From Phoronis australis (lineage: Eukaryota > Animalia > Phoronida), in the NCBI GenBank assembly GCA_002633005.1, contig NMRA01000132.1, forward strand, positions 186,001 through 250,000: a DNA stretch of 64,000 nucleotides, given 5' to 3'. The position numbers were made by a program, and so were the translations under genes. This document shows positions 25,882 to 37,470 of this stretch, piece by piece. Positions within the stretch are counted from its first letter, which is position 1. Each line of letters starts with the position of its first letter. A model generated the notes under the pieces. It was not told the DNA's origin, made no database searches, and worked only from the letters and a program-made list of their open reading frames with translations.

Positions 25882-28800
25882 AGGTTATTGTCAACGCTTT
25901 CGTCAAACAAATCGCACCGTTCAATTCGAAAGCGCTCGAGTTTCTCGTAAAATCGGACATACGATCCATTTTAACTAATTAATAAACACTGTTTACGTCA
26001 TCAAGCGCTAGATTAGAAGAATTGAGACCCTGGACACAAAAAGGTCTCCAGCATTCGAGCAATGCGGAAGTTTCAAAGATAAATACAAATGAAAAGCACA
26101 TGTCAATTTAGACACAGAAATGTGTTTACTTCTCACCCCCCCCCCCTCCAAAAAGACGTGATTTGTGCTTCAAGAAAAGAGTTTCAACAACAAAACACAT
26201 CACAGCAACAAAAAGAGAACAAATTTCCTGCCAAAAGTACTTTGCGTCTCATTAGAGGTAGTCTCAGGAACTCAGTGTCAAGGCCTATATACTGTTATGT
26301 GATTTTTGGATATATGTTGCTCAACAGATACGAAATCCAATAGGTTCATATGCTTGATCACTTCCAACTTTAAACGAAAATTCAAGAAAAACCGCTGTTC
26401 AACAGCAAACATTCAAATAGAGAGGTGTTAATATCTGTCGGCATTTTCACAACAGAGGAAATGCACTTAAAAAGACAAAACGAATATGGGAGCGCAAACC
26501 TGTAGCTCTCCACACATTTTTCCTGTATCATTTGGCATAATAAACAGGCCAAACTACGTGCTCCACATCAAATGTCAGTCTAACAGTTTTTAATGCGTGT
26601 GAACGCTAGGCCATAATTTCCCGACAGTGACAACTGTTATGGTAGTTACTTCTATCATTTGGCGCCTTCAATGATTATATTCAATACTTAACAAAATGAG
26701 CAGCACGTGTACAAACGACACTGCTATCACCCTACCGCCAGACCTCTAAGAAAGATTCAGTGGTCGGCAAATAAAATGCTTCATTATTTGGCGACATTTT
26801 TCGAAAAGTCTAAGGGTTAATGTGACATATTTTTTGTTTCTTTGTTCGCACGCTGTATGTCGTATGTTTGCTTGGTGAGGTGCAATTTCTCCAAGTGTAT
26901 TGCTTTTGCGTGATTTTTTGTTTATACTTGGTAAGATGATATCTGTTCAAGTGTGTTGTTTTGTCATAAAACTTTTTGTACGTTTGCTTTTACGTACTCT
27001 ACAGCTCGCAATTTTTAGCGCAATTGATATGAAATTCACACACAATGTGTATATCGTTAACGTAACTCTGGACCTCAAAACAAAAGATTAAAGAAATATT
27101 TTTTGATAACTGCCTCCATTAATATCTTAATTTTGATTTAGCCTTTTATAGGAGTCACAATAAATTCAAAGACACGCTTTTTAGATTTTTTTTTTCACCA
27201 ACCACTTTCCATCATGGCATCTCTTCTATTTTTGTCGACGATTTAGCTCTGCCCAATGACCCAGTTACACTTTCGGTAATTTCCGCGATCGGTCGAGCAC
27301 TACCGAACGTTTTAAGGTTACCGCCATCTTGTTTGGCGTCGACATTCATTCATAGGACTTGTGAATGGAATATGAAATATACAAAAATGTAAGCAATGGT
27401 GTAACTAAAATCCGACGAGAGTTTATATTTGCTAGCATAACAGCAGGCTAGGATTTATTACATCAGTTAACTCGGTGAATGATGCATGCATTCTGCTTCG
27501 CAGTGTATTTCACACCCGGCTCCAACCCCGCCGACCCAGGGATACATATCAACTGCGATAGGCCAAATGCAGATTTATATCTACCATCAGACATAAGCTG
27601 TGGACCCAGAAACAACACGATACTTTGGTCATCGATACACGTAGGACCGTCCCAGTGAATTAAAATTATATAAAATCACTCTTGAGTGTCTCGATAAAAT
27701 GAACAAAAGATCACAGTTTTACAAACTTGATTTGTACAAAAAAGGAAACCAAGAGACAGGGATAGTTCTATTTCGCATGTGAAAGTGAAAGTAGCAACGT
27801 AAAATCATGGTTAAATCTCACTCCATTTCAGTCATTTCCCGATCAATCTCGCAGCGCAATTCTCGCAAGATTTCTTTCTGTGCCCTTCGAACTTTGAAAA
27901 TTCTCCATGATTTCTGTTCTGTACTTTATTTGCACCATGTTCACGTTGTACCAGCCCTTCTCAAGAAAGCCGCGTTGACTTAGTACAGCTAAATGCCATA
28001 CAAACTCCGCCCACAGTTAATCACGTGATTTTGGGCATTCGGGCAGACGCCATTCATTGTTAGGTCGCTAAAACTGAAAGATTATTCCTAAATTTCTGCA
28101 TTGCGCATTGAAATTATAAATACCCTACCCAAGTAAGTGTAAAAATAACCAGCTGTCACAGTCAAGAAACTCCTGAAGTTCTGATATCATGCCAAATGTT
28201 CACCTCGCGTTGCCTTTGGAGTTTATTTCAATTTGTGAACATCCACTTCTCGGAGATGCGTGAACTTGAACGGATTGCTATGAAATTCCGAATACGTGCT
28301 ATTTGATTCATGTATCTTCCGAAGATTTAGGTCCTAGTTTTTTTCGGAACGAAGCCTTCAGTCAAAAATCAAGAGAATGGCCGTTTTTGCTCAAGAATCT
28401 GAGACCTATTTAAAAAACGATCATCTTGTAAAAATACTGACAAGTAAATAAGAATAATAAATTTTATTAGGGAATTTAATCACCTTTCAGAAAATATATA
28501 CTGTGTAGGGGTTGCAGGTAACAGAATTTTAGATATTTGCATATAAGTACAACCTGGTAATTAAATAAGGTTCACAGTTACCTTAAAATCTCGAAGCCTG
28601 TTGTTTTCGGGTGAAATCGGTCCAAAGGTAGCGCTGTGACAGTCATTTGTTAAAAATTTCGCTTACCACAGCTCTACCTCTGTGAATATTCGAAGGATTC
28701 TCATGAAATTCGTTAAGTACATAGATCTCTTCAAGTTCTATCTAGTTTGTGTTATCCGTTTCTCAATATGACCTACCGTTCTCGAGTTATTCGAGACTTC

Positions 28801-31800
28801 CTGATGACTTTTATTTTGTGACTTATGAGGCGATTTTCCAATTTTCGCTTCGCAGAGCTAGAACTGCGGTCCTTTGAAGGATTTTTCTGTAATTGGATCT
28901 CAAGGGCTATCTAGAGAGTTTCATATCCGTTTCTCAACTAGGTGTTGTACTGGTGGCTGGGTTCCTGACACTGCCGCGGCTACGCCGGTATTCCAGCCGG
29001 CTATCGCGCAGTCATGCGTTTCGGGGTTCAGCGGCGACTACGGGTACTATAACCGTCTTGCTATTGGCAAGATCTACTGATATGAAATTTAAGCTGGATT
29101 TTTCAGTGCTCTTCATGTTTCATCATGGTCATCACCAGCATCGCCAGTGTTGTTTCCAGTTCTTAGGGGTGTTTTCGGCGGTGTTAGCGGTCTTCGGGAG
29201 AGTTGTAGTTTTCGACGCTGTCACCGTGACATTGTCTGTGGCATCACGTCGTCGGCGTCTGGGTTATTGAAGGAAGTCAGCTTTGTATTTTCTTTTGACG
29301 TGGATGCGTCTCGTTGAAACAATGCAAACATTGGTCTGTGAACTCTATTATAATCCACTAAACGAAGCACGACAATTAACTTTTCTCTAAAACGTACGGT
29401 TTTTGAGATATCCGACATACATGTATTACCAGTATTGCCGGTGCGCAAAGCCGAGGTTCGCGTTCATTTGGCTGGTCGGGTGTCCGGGTGTGAATATCAA
29501 GATGTACATACTACAGATATACATGTAGTAACTCGGACTGGAACCATGTGACCAAGCGCTTTTCTTGCTTAATTGACAGGATTTTTCCCCCAACACAAGC
29601 TCGAAGCCTACAATTTCGTCATGGTCAGATCCAAGCGTGTCGTTTTTGATCCACACGCTGCCGTTCAGTTCCCCGATTACTGCTGCGAGATTCCCACTGT
29701 CTTAGAAAGTTGAGATCATAGACATAGTATTAAGATGTCTATGATTGAGATCTTTCGACGTTGGCGGCCAAAGGTCGATGCTGAGAAAGCGGTTTCTTGA
29801 CCTTTGTTGTTATCGCGGGAGTCGTCATCATTGTCGTCCTGATTCGTATGTTTTTAAGCATTCGATTTCGTCAAGTGTCGCTCCACGGAGCGCTTTCATC
29901 TTTATAACTTCATCTGTTGGAATGCTTGTTTTATTGGAAAAATGATTATTTTATGTCAGATTGCAAATAAAATATTTTACTTATTTTTATTTAAAAAATT
30001 TAACGGTTGGGCAGTCGCGCGAGGGGAAACGAACTTGAATATAAAGTAGTGCTTACCGTGATAATTTGATCTAGATTGTTTGTTTATCCTGCAGTTCAGT
30101 CTAATCAGACGACTTGCAGAAGGAATGGCTAATTTCTCCGACTTTCGGAATGGAGACCTTCACAACACACTGTTAACGCTACAGTAATCTCTTATTCCAG
30201 AAACGTGAAGGAATGGCTTTATTATGACAGTGTATACATGCATGTGTATCACTGAAGCACTGTTTTGATTAGAAACATGTATTCTGTTTTTAAACAGTGA
30301 TTAACATGATAGAGCAGAACGAGACAAGGCCAAAACCAGATTTTTAAAGCAAAAAAAAAACACAACAAAGTCGGTTCTCGTCTTGGTTTGCCCTGACTCA
30401 TTTTTGAGAACTGCACTCACCAACTAAAAAAAAACGTCGGCTCGCGTCAATTTTAGCCGAGTTCATGTGTTTTTGTTTTGAAAAGCTGCACAAGGCGCGA
30501 GGAAGATGAGTAAAAAAATCCTATTCTTGCTCTTCTCTGGTGAACTTGGCTTTTTGAAAAATTGAGCAACTAAAATTATTACACCACCGACCACATTTCA
30601 ACAAAAAACACAAACCAGAACAATATGCGCTTTTTTGCTTTAACTTATTTTCCCCGATGTAACCGCTGCTCGTTGATTAGTGAAAATCACCATAGTCCAC
30701 CAACTGTTTTATACTCGTATTTGCCCATCCAAAGAAACCGCTCATTAATTTTCATCCTTTGCGTGAATTAAATTTTTTACAACAAAGCTTGTGGAATTCC
30801 CCTGGTAGCAATATTGTCGACTGAAAATAACCCGCCGTGACAAGCTTGGTATGACGCAATTACGGCCTGTCAGTTGTTCTACAGCCTTGAAGTCATTTCT
30901 AAACTGAATAAGGAACAAGATGAAACCGATTTTATAGCAATAACTAAGAGGCCTAAATCAAAAATAGGTTTTGACAGAATACATGGATTATTATGCCCTT
31001 GAACCGAAGTGGAATCAAAGTCACTAATTAAGTATCCACTCTAGTTTCTAAACATAATTACATTTTGAACCCTGGTGTTTACAAGGCCTCACCAAGCCTC
31101 GTGCATCCCGCTGTCAACAATTGAGGAAACAGCAGGAGTAACATCGACGCTGGTTGTAAAAACGAATCGGATTACGACTCTTCAACAATGTTCAGCAAAA
31201 ATTGACACTTTTCCGCAGGCGTGAGTGTCCTGCATTTCTTAACACGTGCTCGGACCCGTTTCGCCTTCGTTAAATCTGATGTTAAGCGATAGTCTTGCAA
31301 GAAGAAATTAAAGTACGTTTGTAAAGACAATTAAAGTAGACTGGAAAAATGCGACACCGTAGTAACAAGTGGCCTCCAAACTTAACTGTAGTAGTCACTG
31401 AACACGATAAACATTTATGGGAAAAGTCATCAATACCATTCGGACAAATAGATTATACAACTACACACCCATTCAGCACACTCACGTGCCCGCGCCGTAA
31501 CTAGAGAATCGTGTAATAAGCTATTTACCAAAATGCACGCCCTCTTGACATTCCAATCTGCTTGTTAATGCTAGAAAAGTTCTGTTTCGAGTTAAAAAGC
31601 GGTTTTCAGTAATGGTGTGCAACAGTCTCAATTAATCTCGTCAACAAATATCCTCAAGACTGGCATTTAAGTCTTGGTGATGAGTTTTTTTTTGAAAATT
31701 CGGTTTTGCGAATTTCTGGAAACCAATTTAGGTAGTTAAAATATTGGCAGCCAAAAACAGCCAAGATCCAGTAGAGAGGCAAATGTGTCGGAACTAAGAC

Positions 31801-31889
31801 TTTAAGTTTGAGTTTACCAGAAATTTCGAATTTTCCGAGTTTTTACTCGTGCTTGTAGCTTGAATCTAGGGGTCACCAAGTACGAGCTT

Positions 31890-32192
31890 AGACTGAAAAC
31901 CTGACGATCTCCGCACAAATAAAAAGGATATGTTCAATCAACGTTTCGTCTATTCATTACCCATCATCAGGATAATTATTTACAAGGGCAGCAAGTGCCA
32001 ACATGCAGCTCAGGTAACATCCATAAAGCGAAGTAAGAGATACAGGGAATAGTAATTATCCTGATGATGTCTAATGAAGAGACGAAACGTCGATTGAAAA
32101 TAATTATCCTGATGATGTCTAATGAATAGACGATACGTTGATTGAACACGAACTAATTTTTATTTGTGCGGCGATCATCCGGTTTTTAATCT
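31890..32192. mobile_element. Inverted repeat resembling Penelope-like element pLTR ends, with three hammerhead-like motifs
   Basis: Left arm 31890-31980 is the reverse complement of about 32101-32192; a 48-bp unit is tandemly duplicated (32053-32100, 32101-32148). Confidence 0.7.
32058..32094 (+). ncRNA. Minimal type I hammerhead ribozyme motif (PLE type)
   Basis: ATC-CTGATGA-T-GTCT(aatgaag)AGAC-GAAAC-GTC-GAT: both core boxes, helix II, palindromic ACGT helix III, GUC cleavage triplet, 3-bp helix I. Confidence 0.7.
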
Positions 32193-35100
32193 TACTATGG
32201 CCAAAAACTGATTTAATGAGCTTAGACTAGAAACTCCGTATGCGTAAACCATAACGTGCTGAAGCACAGAATTATAGGCATAACATCATTGAGAGCGAAA
32301 TGAGAAAACAAATAACGTGGGAGCTGTTTGGGTTAGAATCGTTTTGTAAATATTGAAAAAGAGAATTGATGACGATATTCTCTCAGTTCAAAGGAGGGAT
32401 AACACTGAGTACTTGTCACTAAAAGCCTTGTGACACATTTGTTATGGCAGCCATTAAAGTGAAACAGCTTCCTACCATGAGAGATCACGGCTAAATGAGG
32501 GCGCTGGGTATGGTTTCGGAAATGAGTCATACGCTGAACAACTAACTCCCGTTCAGTCCGTATTCTAGGCGATACTGGTTTTCTGACGCCTGGTATCAAT
32601 CTTTCTTTTTTAATCGCCAAGGTCAGTCTTTGTCCGATGTCACGACGTAAACGCCAACTGTATCTACCACGCTGAATGATTGCATTAATGTAAACACGCA
32701 TCCACTCAAAACGGTTGCCAACAAATAAAAACCCACAGCGTTTTGACTAATTTTTATCGCATTTCTTCCGCGAAAGAAGGCTTTTGCACTTTTCATGAGG
32801 AATTACATTTCAAAAGCCATATATACGTTAAAAATTTACCCGTTCCTGTCCTTGACATTTCAGTTTATTTCAGCCAATATTTTATTGCCGTGAAGACGTC
32901 GCATCTCAACTGAGCTTAGATCAACTGCCGTGATACCAAGAGCTGACGGCGACACCGGTTTTTCCGGCCGATTTCCCTTATGCCCACCGCTTGTTTCCAA
33001 AAAAGAGATATCTGAGTTTCGGGAATTCCCGTGTGGTTGTTCCTCCGTGTCAATCTCGGAATAGACTTGGAGCACATGTCTTGTAATAATTTTACGGGTC
33101 TCAGTTTTGAATGATCATGTATGAATATCATCCCCAGATTTGGAAGCCTAGCTTTGCAACCCTACCCTAAAAAGGTGACTGCTTCCCGGAATATGCCGTC
33201 AGCTGTCTATCCAACACGGGCCGGGCGCAATCGAATTCTCAGTTCATGAGTCTGAGCTGGAGCGCTGGACCGTCTTCATTTAGGGATACCCTCAATAATG
33301 GAAGTCAGGAAGAGATAATTGTGCTGCTTCTTGAGATGAGCATGGACTTACATAACAAAAACATGCAAATACATGTACAAGACGTCCACGAACTGAGCAT
33401 ATACACCGGACCCTCTCATCAAGTCCGTACCAAAGGGAACTCATTTATAACCGATTGGCGCCATAGTCGTCAGAAATTTTGTCAGAAAAGGCACTTTTTC
33501 GTCCCCCACCGGGGACGTTGAAAACTTGACGTCTGTAGCGGGTAATGTCACTCAATCTTTACCATCTAGAAGACAGCGATAATACAGGGTCATTGTCCGG
33601 CCAAAAATAATGACTGATTGAGATGTTTGCACAGACGGTTTCATGAAAGTGGCCGGTGAAGATTTGTATTGGTTCATTTCCTTCCATGAGTTTCTCGTAT
33701 AGTTTTCCACGGAACGAAACCAGCAAAACCAAGATCGTATTGTAAATTTGGTGAAAATTATGTTTGAGTCAAGGAAGATTTTTTTTTTCAATGCTCAGAG
33801 ATCGAACGAGAAAAATTCAAATATTTTTACAAATCATTCTCACGAACCAGTAATTACAAAGCGCGCATTCAAAATGGAGAATGGTTAATTAATAGGCTAC
33901 CGAGTATGGCCCTACTTAAGACCATACGCCTGTATCCGAGGTAATGCGTATTTCGCTTATAGGTGCAGGTGGCACATCATTGGCCTCAGTGCGCAGTATG
34001 TGGATTTATGCCGCTTTTGATGACGTCATCGCCGCATATTGCGCAAATCAACAAAACGCGCAGCACACGAATACCTTGTCGTTGACACAGGCCTTGGCAC
34101 AAAATGCTTAATCTTGACCGTGCGAAACATTTCCAACGAATTGGTTTGACAACACATTTCCCGTTCTGTTAGACTCGCTTTAGAAGTTTGTTTTTTGTAA
34201 CTCGTAGGAACAGTTCGATTTAGTGACTGACTAAATTTTTAATGTTTGTGAAAGATGATCAAAGCTACGGTACATTGTTAGATGAATCAGACAGATAACA
34301 TAAGTTGTGCCACCTATTGACCCATAGATAGCATCAGCTGGGATTCCCAGATGGAACGAATTTTCCATAGTATCACTATGTATATGGGGGTAATATGTAT
34401 GCCTTACGGTATATGACGCAGACATCGTTTTTGCAGAAAATTTGAATTTTGGGATTATCATTGCGTGAGATAAACTTCTTGAAGCATTTGACCAGAGCTG
34501 TAAAATAACAAAATCTGTTGTGTTTTCACAATTTTATTGCGCATCGCAAAGTTTCGCCGCTGTCTGACTAACATTCGCAAAAATCAAGGACGGTGTCTTT
34601 ACCAATTTACACACGCTTAAAAAACTGTACTATTTAACGCGTGGGATTTGACTCAGTGGTAGAGAATTCGACTGCTGCTACGGATATACGTTGGTTCAAA
34701 TTTCGCCTGATTTCCAAAAAAATAACTTTTCTCGTGGTGAATGCCCGTTTAAACCACTTAATTAACGTTTCCAGTAAAAGCAAGGGAAACGCCAACAGTT
34801 TCCAGCAACAGAAAAACAAAGTTGCAAACTAAATACATGTAGACGGATGCGTACGGTATTATCTGAGTCAGGCTATAATTCTCTACCTCCCATGGACCAA
34901 ACAATTGAGAGTTCCAAACAAAAAACAAAAAACAGGTTACGCATAGCGGGAAGCACCACTTTCTACTGCGACCAGTTGAGACGGTGATACTGTCTAAGGT
35001 AATACAGGACTGACTCTCGAAAAATAACCAAACGTGGCAAATTTTGAAACAACAGAAATGGCTGAAAATATTCGTGTGAAAATTTTATAGATACCATGCT

Positions 35101-36659
35101 TTATGCACTGTTATCCAAAACGCTTTGGGATTTTTTTTTTTTTTTTAATATCGCACTTTTGCATGATGGGCTATCAAAATAGTGTTTTTCATGATTTTTG
35201 TCAAAAAAACTAGAGTTTCATCAAACGAAAACGAAATGATAAAACTGAAGCCGTGTTTTTGAGTTTTCATCTAGTACATTTATATCAAACAAAGTTTTGT
35301 CACTGTAATAACCATGGATGTACCTTTCTTAGTTTTTGATAAATTTCACTCAAACACATGGTCAAGTGATCTAATTACTGAATAGCTATAAAGTAAAAAA
35401 ATCAAATTCTACAGGTCTTCTACTTTTAGAAAATACACTTTTCCAGAGCTAAAATCTATGGTTTTGGGGATATTTGGGATAGGCCTAGGAACCTTGGTTC
35501 CTAGTCGGATAGGCACAGAACCGTTCACTGGTGGTTGTGAGTGCCCGCGGGTACCGACCGATCGTCTATGCTGTACGTCGGGGTCGAGTTTATCAACGCA
35601 AAAGCAAATCGCCAGCAAAACAAGTTCTCACAAAATTTTGTGAGATATTGCCGTTCACTTTCAATGAAAGCAAGTGGTGTTGGCTACCAGTACTCAAGCG
35701 CGCGATGCGTGAACAACGTCATCTGCGTGGTGACTGCACGGTGACGGTAAACAGCGAGAATGGCAGCAGCGACATCGTTTGACGGTGGTTTGACTACTAA
35801 CTCAAGAAGCTCATCGATTTAAATATGGCGGCGCTCAGTTCAAAAGGTTTGAACAACTGTTGATTGCTNTAAATTTTTAATGTTTGGAAAGATGATCAAA
35901 CCTACAGTACATTGTTAGATGAATCAGACAGATAACATAAGTTGTGCCACCTATTGACCCATAGATGGCATCAGCTGGGATTCCCAGATGGAACGAATTT
36001 TCGATAGTATCACTGTGTATATGGGGTAATATGTATGCCTTACGGTATATGACGCAGACATCGTTTTTGCAGAAAATTTGAATTTTGGAATTATCATTGC
36101 GTGAGATAAACTTCTTGAAGCATTTGACCAGAGCTGTAAAATAACAAAATCTGTTTTGTTTTCATAATTTTATTGCACATCGCAAAGTTTCGCCGCTGTC
36201 TGACTAACATTCGCAAAAATCAAGGACGGTGTCTTTACCAATTTACACACGCTTAAAAAACTGTACTATTTAACGCGTGGGATTTGACTCAGTGGTAGAG
36301 AATTCGACTGCTGCTACGGACATACCTTGGTTCAAATTTCGCCTGATTTCCAAAAAAAAATAACTTTTCTCGTGGTGAATGCCCGTTTAAACCACTTAAT
36401 TAACCTTTCCAGTAAAAGCAAGGGAAACGCCAACTGTTTCCAGCAACAGAAAAACAAAGTTGCAAACTAAATATATGTAGACGGATGCGTACGGTATTAT
36501 CTGAGTCAGGCTATAATTCTCTACCTCCCATGGACCAAACAATTGAGAGTTCCAAACAAAAAACCAAAAAACCGGGAAGCACCACTTTCTACTGCGACCA
36601 GTTGAGACGGTGATACTGTCTAAGGTAATACAGGACTGACTCTCGAAAAATAACCAAAC

Positions 36660-37100
36660 GTGGCAAATTTTGAAACAACATATCTCAGAAATGGCTGAAA
36701 AGATTCGTGTGAAAATTTTATAGATACCATGCTTTATGCACTGTTATCCAAAACGCTTTGGGATTTTTTTTTGTAATATCGCACTTTTGCATGATGGGCT
36801 ATCAAAATAGTGTTTTTCATGATTTTTGTCAAAAAAAAACTAGAGTTTCATCAAACGAAAACGAAATGATAAAACTGTAGCCGTGTTTTTGAGTTTTCAT
36901 CTAGTACATTTTATATCAAACAAAGTTTTGTCACTGTAATAACCATGGATGTACCTTTCTTAGTTTTTGATAAATTTCACTCAAACACATGGTCAAGTGA
37001 TCTAATTACTGAATAGCTATAAAGTAAAAAAATCAAATTTTACAGGTCTTCTACTTTCAGAAAATACAATTTTCCAGAGCTAAAATCTATGGTTTTGGAG
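36660..37100 (+). repeat. Dispersed repeat family (unclassified, probably non-autonomous DNA element); relatives near 8410-8530, 22070-22460, 35040-35470, 42590-42800
   Basis: Shared blocks TCTCAGAAATGGC, TGCACTG...CCAAAACGCT, CACTTTTGCATG...CTATCAAAATAG, TTCTACTTTTAGAAAATA. Confidence 0.65.
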
Positions 37101-37299
37101 ATATTTGGGATAGGCCTAGGAACCTTGGTTCCTAGTCGGATAGGCACAGAACCGTTCACTGGTGGTTGTGAGTGCCCGCGGGTGACCGATCGTCTATGCT
37201 GTACGTCGGGGTCGAGTTTATCAACGCAAAAGCAAATCGCCAGCAAAACAAGTTCTCACAAAATTTTGTGAGATATTGCCCTTCACTTTCAATGAAAGC

Positions 37300-37470
37300 A
37301 AGTTGGCTATCAGTACTCAAGCGCGCGATGCGTGAACAGCGTCATCTGCGCGGTGACCCGCACGGTGACGGTAGACAGCGAGAAAGGCAGCAGCGACATC
37401 GTTTGACGGTGGTTTGACTACTAACTCGAGAAGCTCATCGATTTAAATATGGCGGCGCTCAGTTCAAAAG
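37300..37470 (+). promoter_or_regulatory. Candidate B3GLCT promoter/5' exon, CpG-enriched, YY1-like motif overlapping the ATG
   Basis: Local CpG enrichment; AAATATGGCGGCG resembles the YY1 consensus AAnATGGCGG. Confidence 0.45.
37449..37470 (+). CDS. B3GLCT: B3GLCT coding exon 1 (MAALSSK)
   Basis: ATG in a CpG-rich segment; donor AG|GTTTGA, phase 1, matches exon 2. No homology support and the donor is weak. Confidence 0.6.

Noticed and set aside
37115-37134. CTAGGAACC-TT-GGTTCCTAG hairpin as a Helitron 3' end or terminator
   Set aside because: No CTRR terminus at the expected distance and no matching 5' end; its second copy is only due to the assembly duplication.
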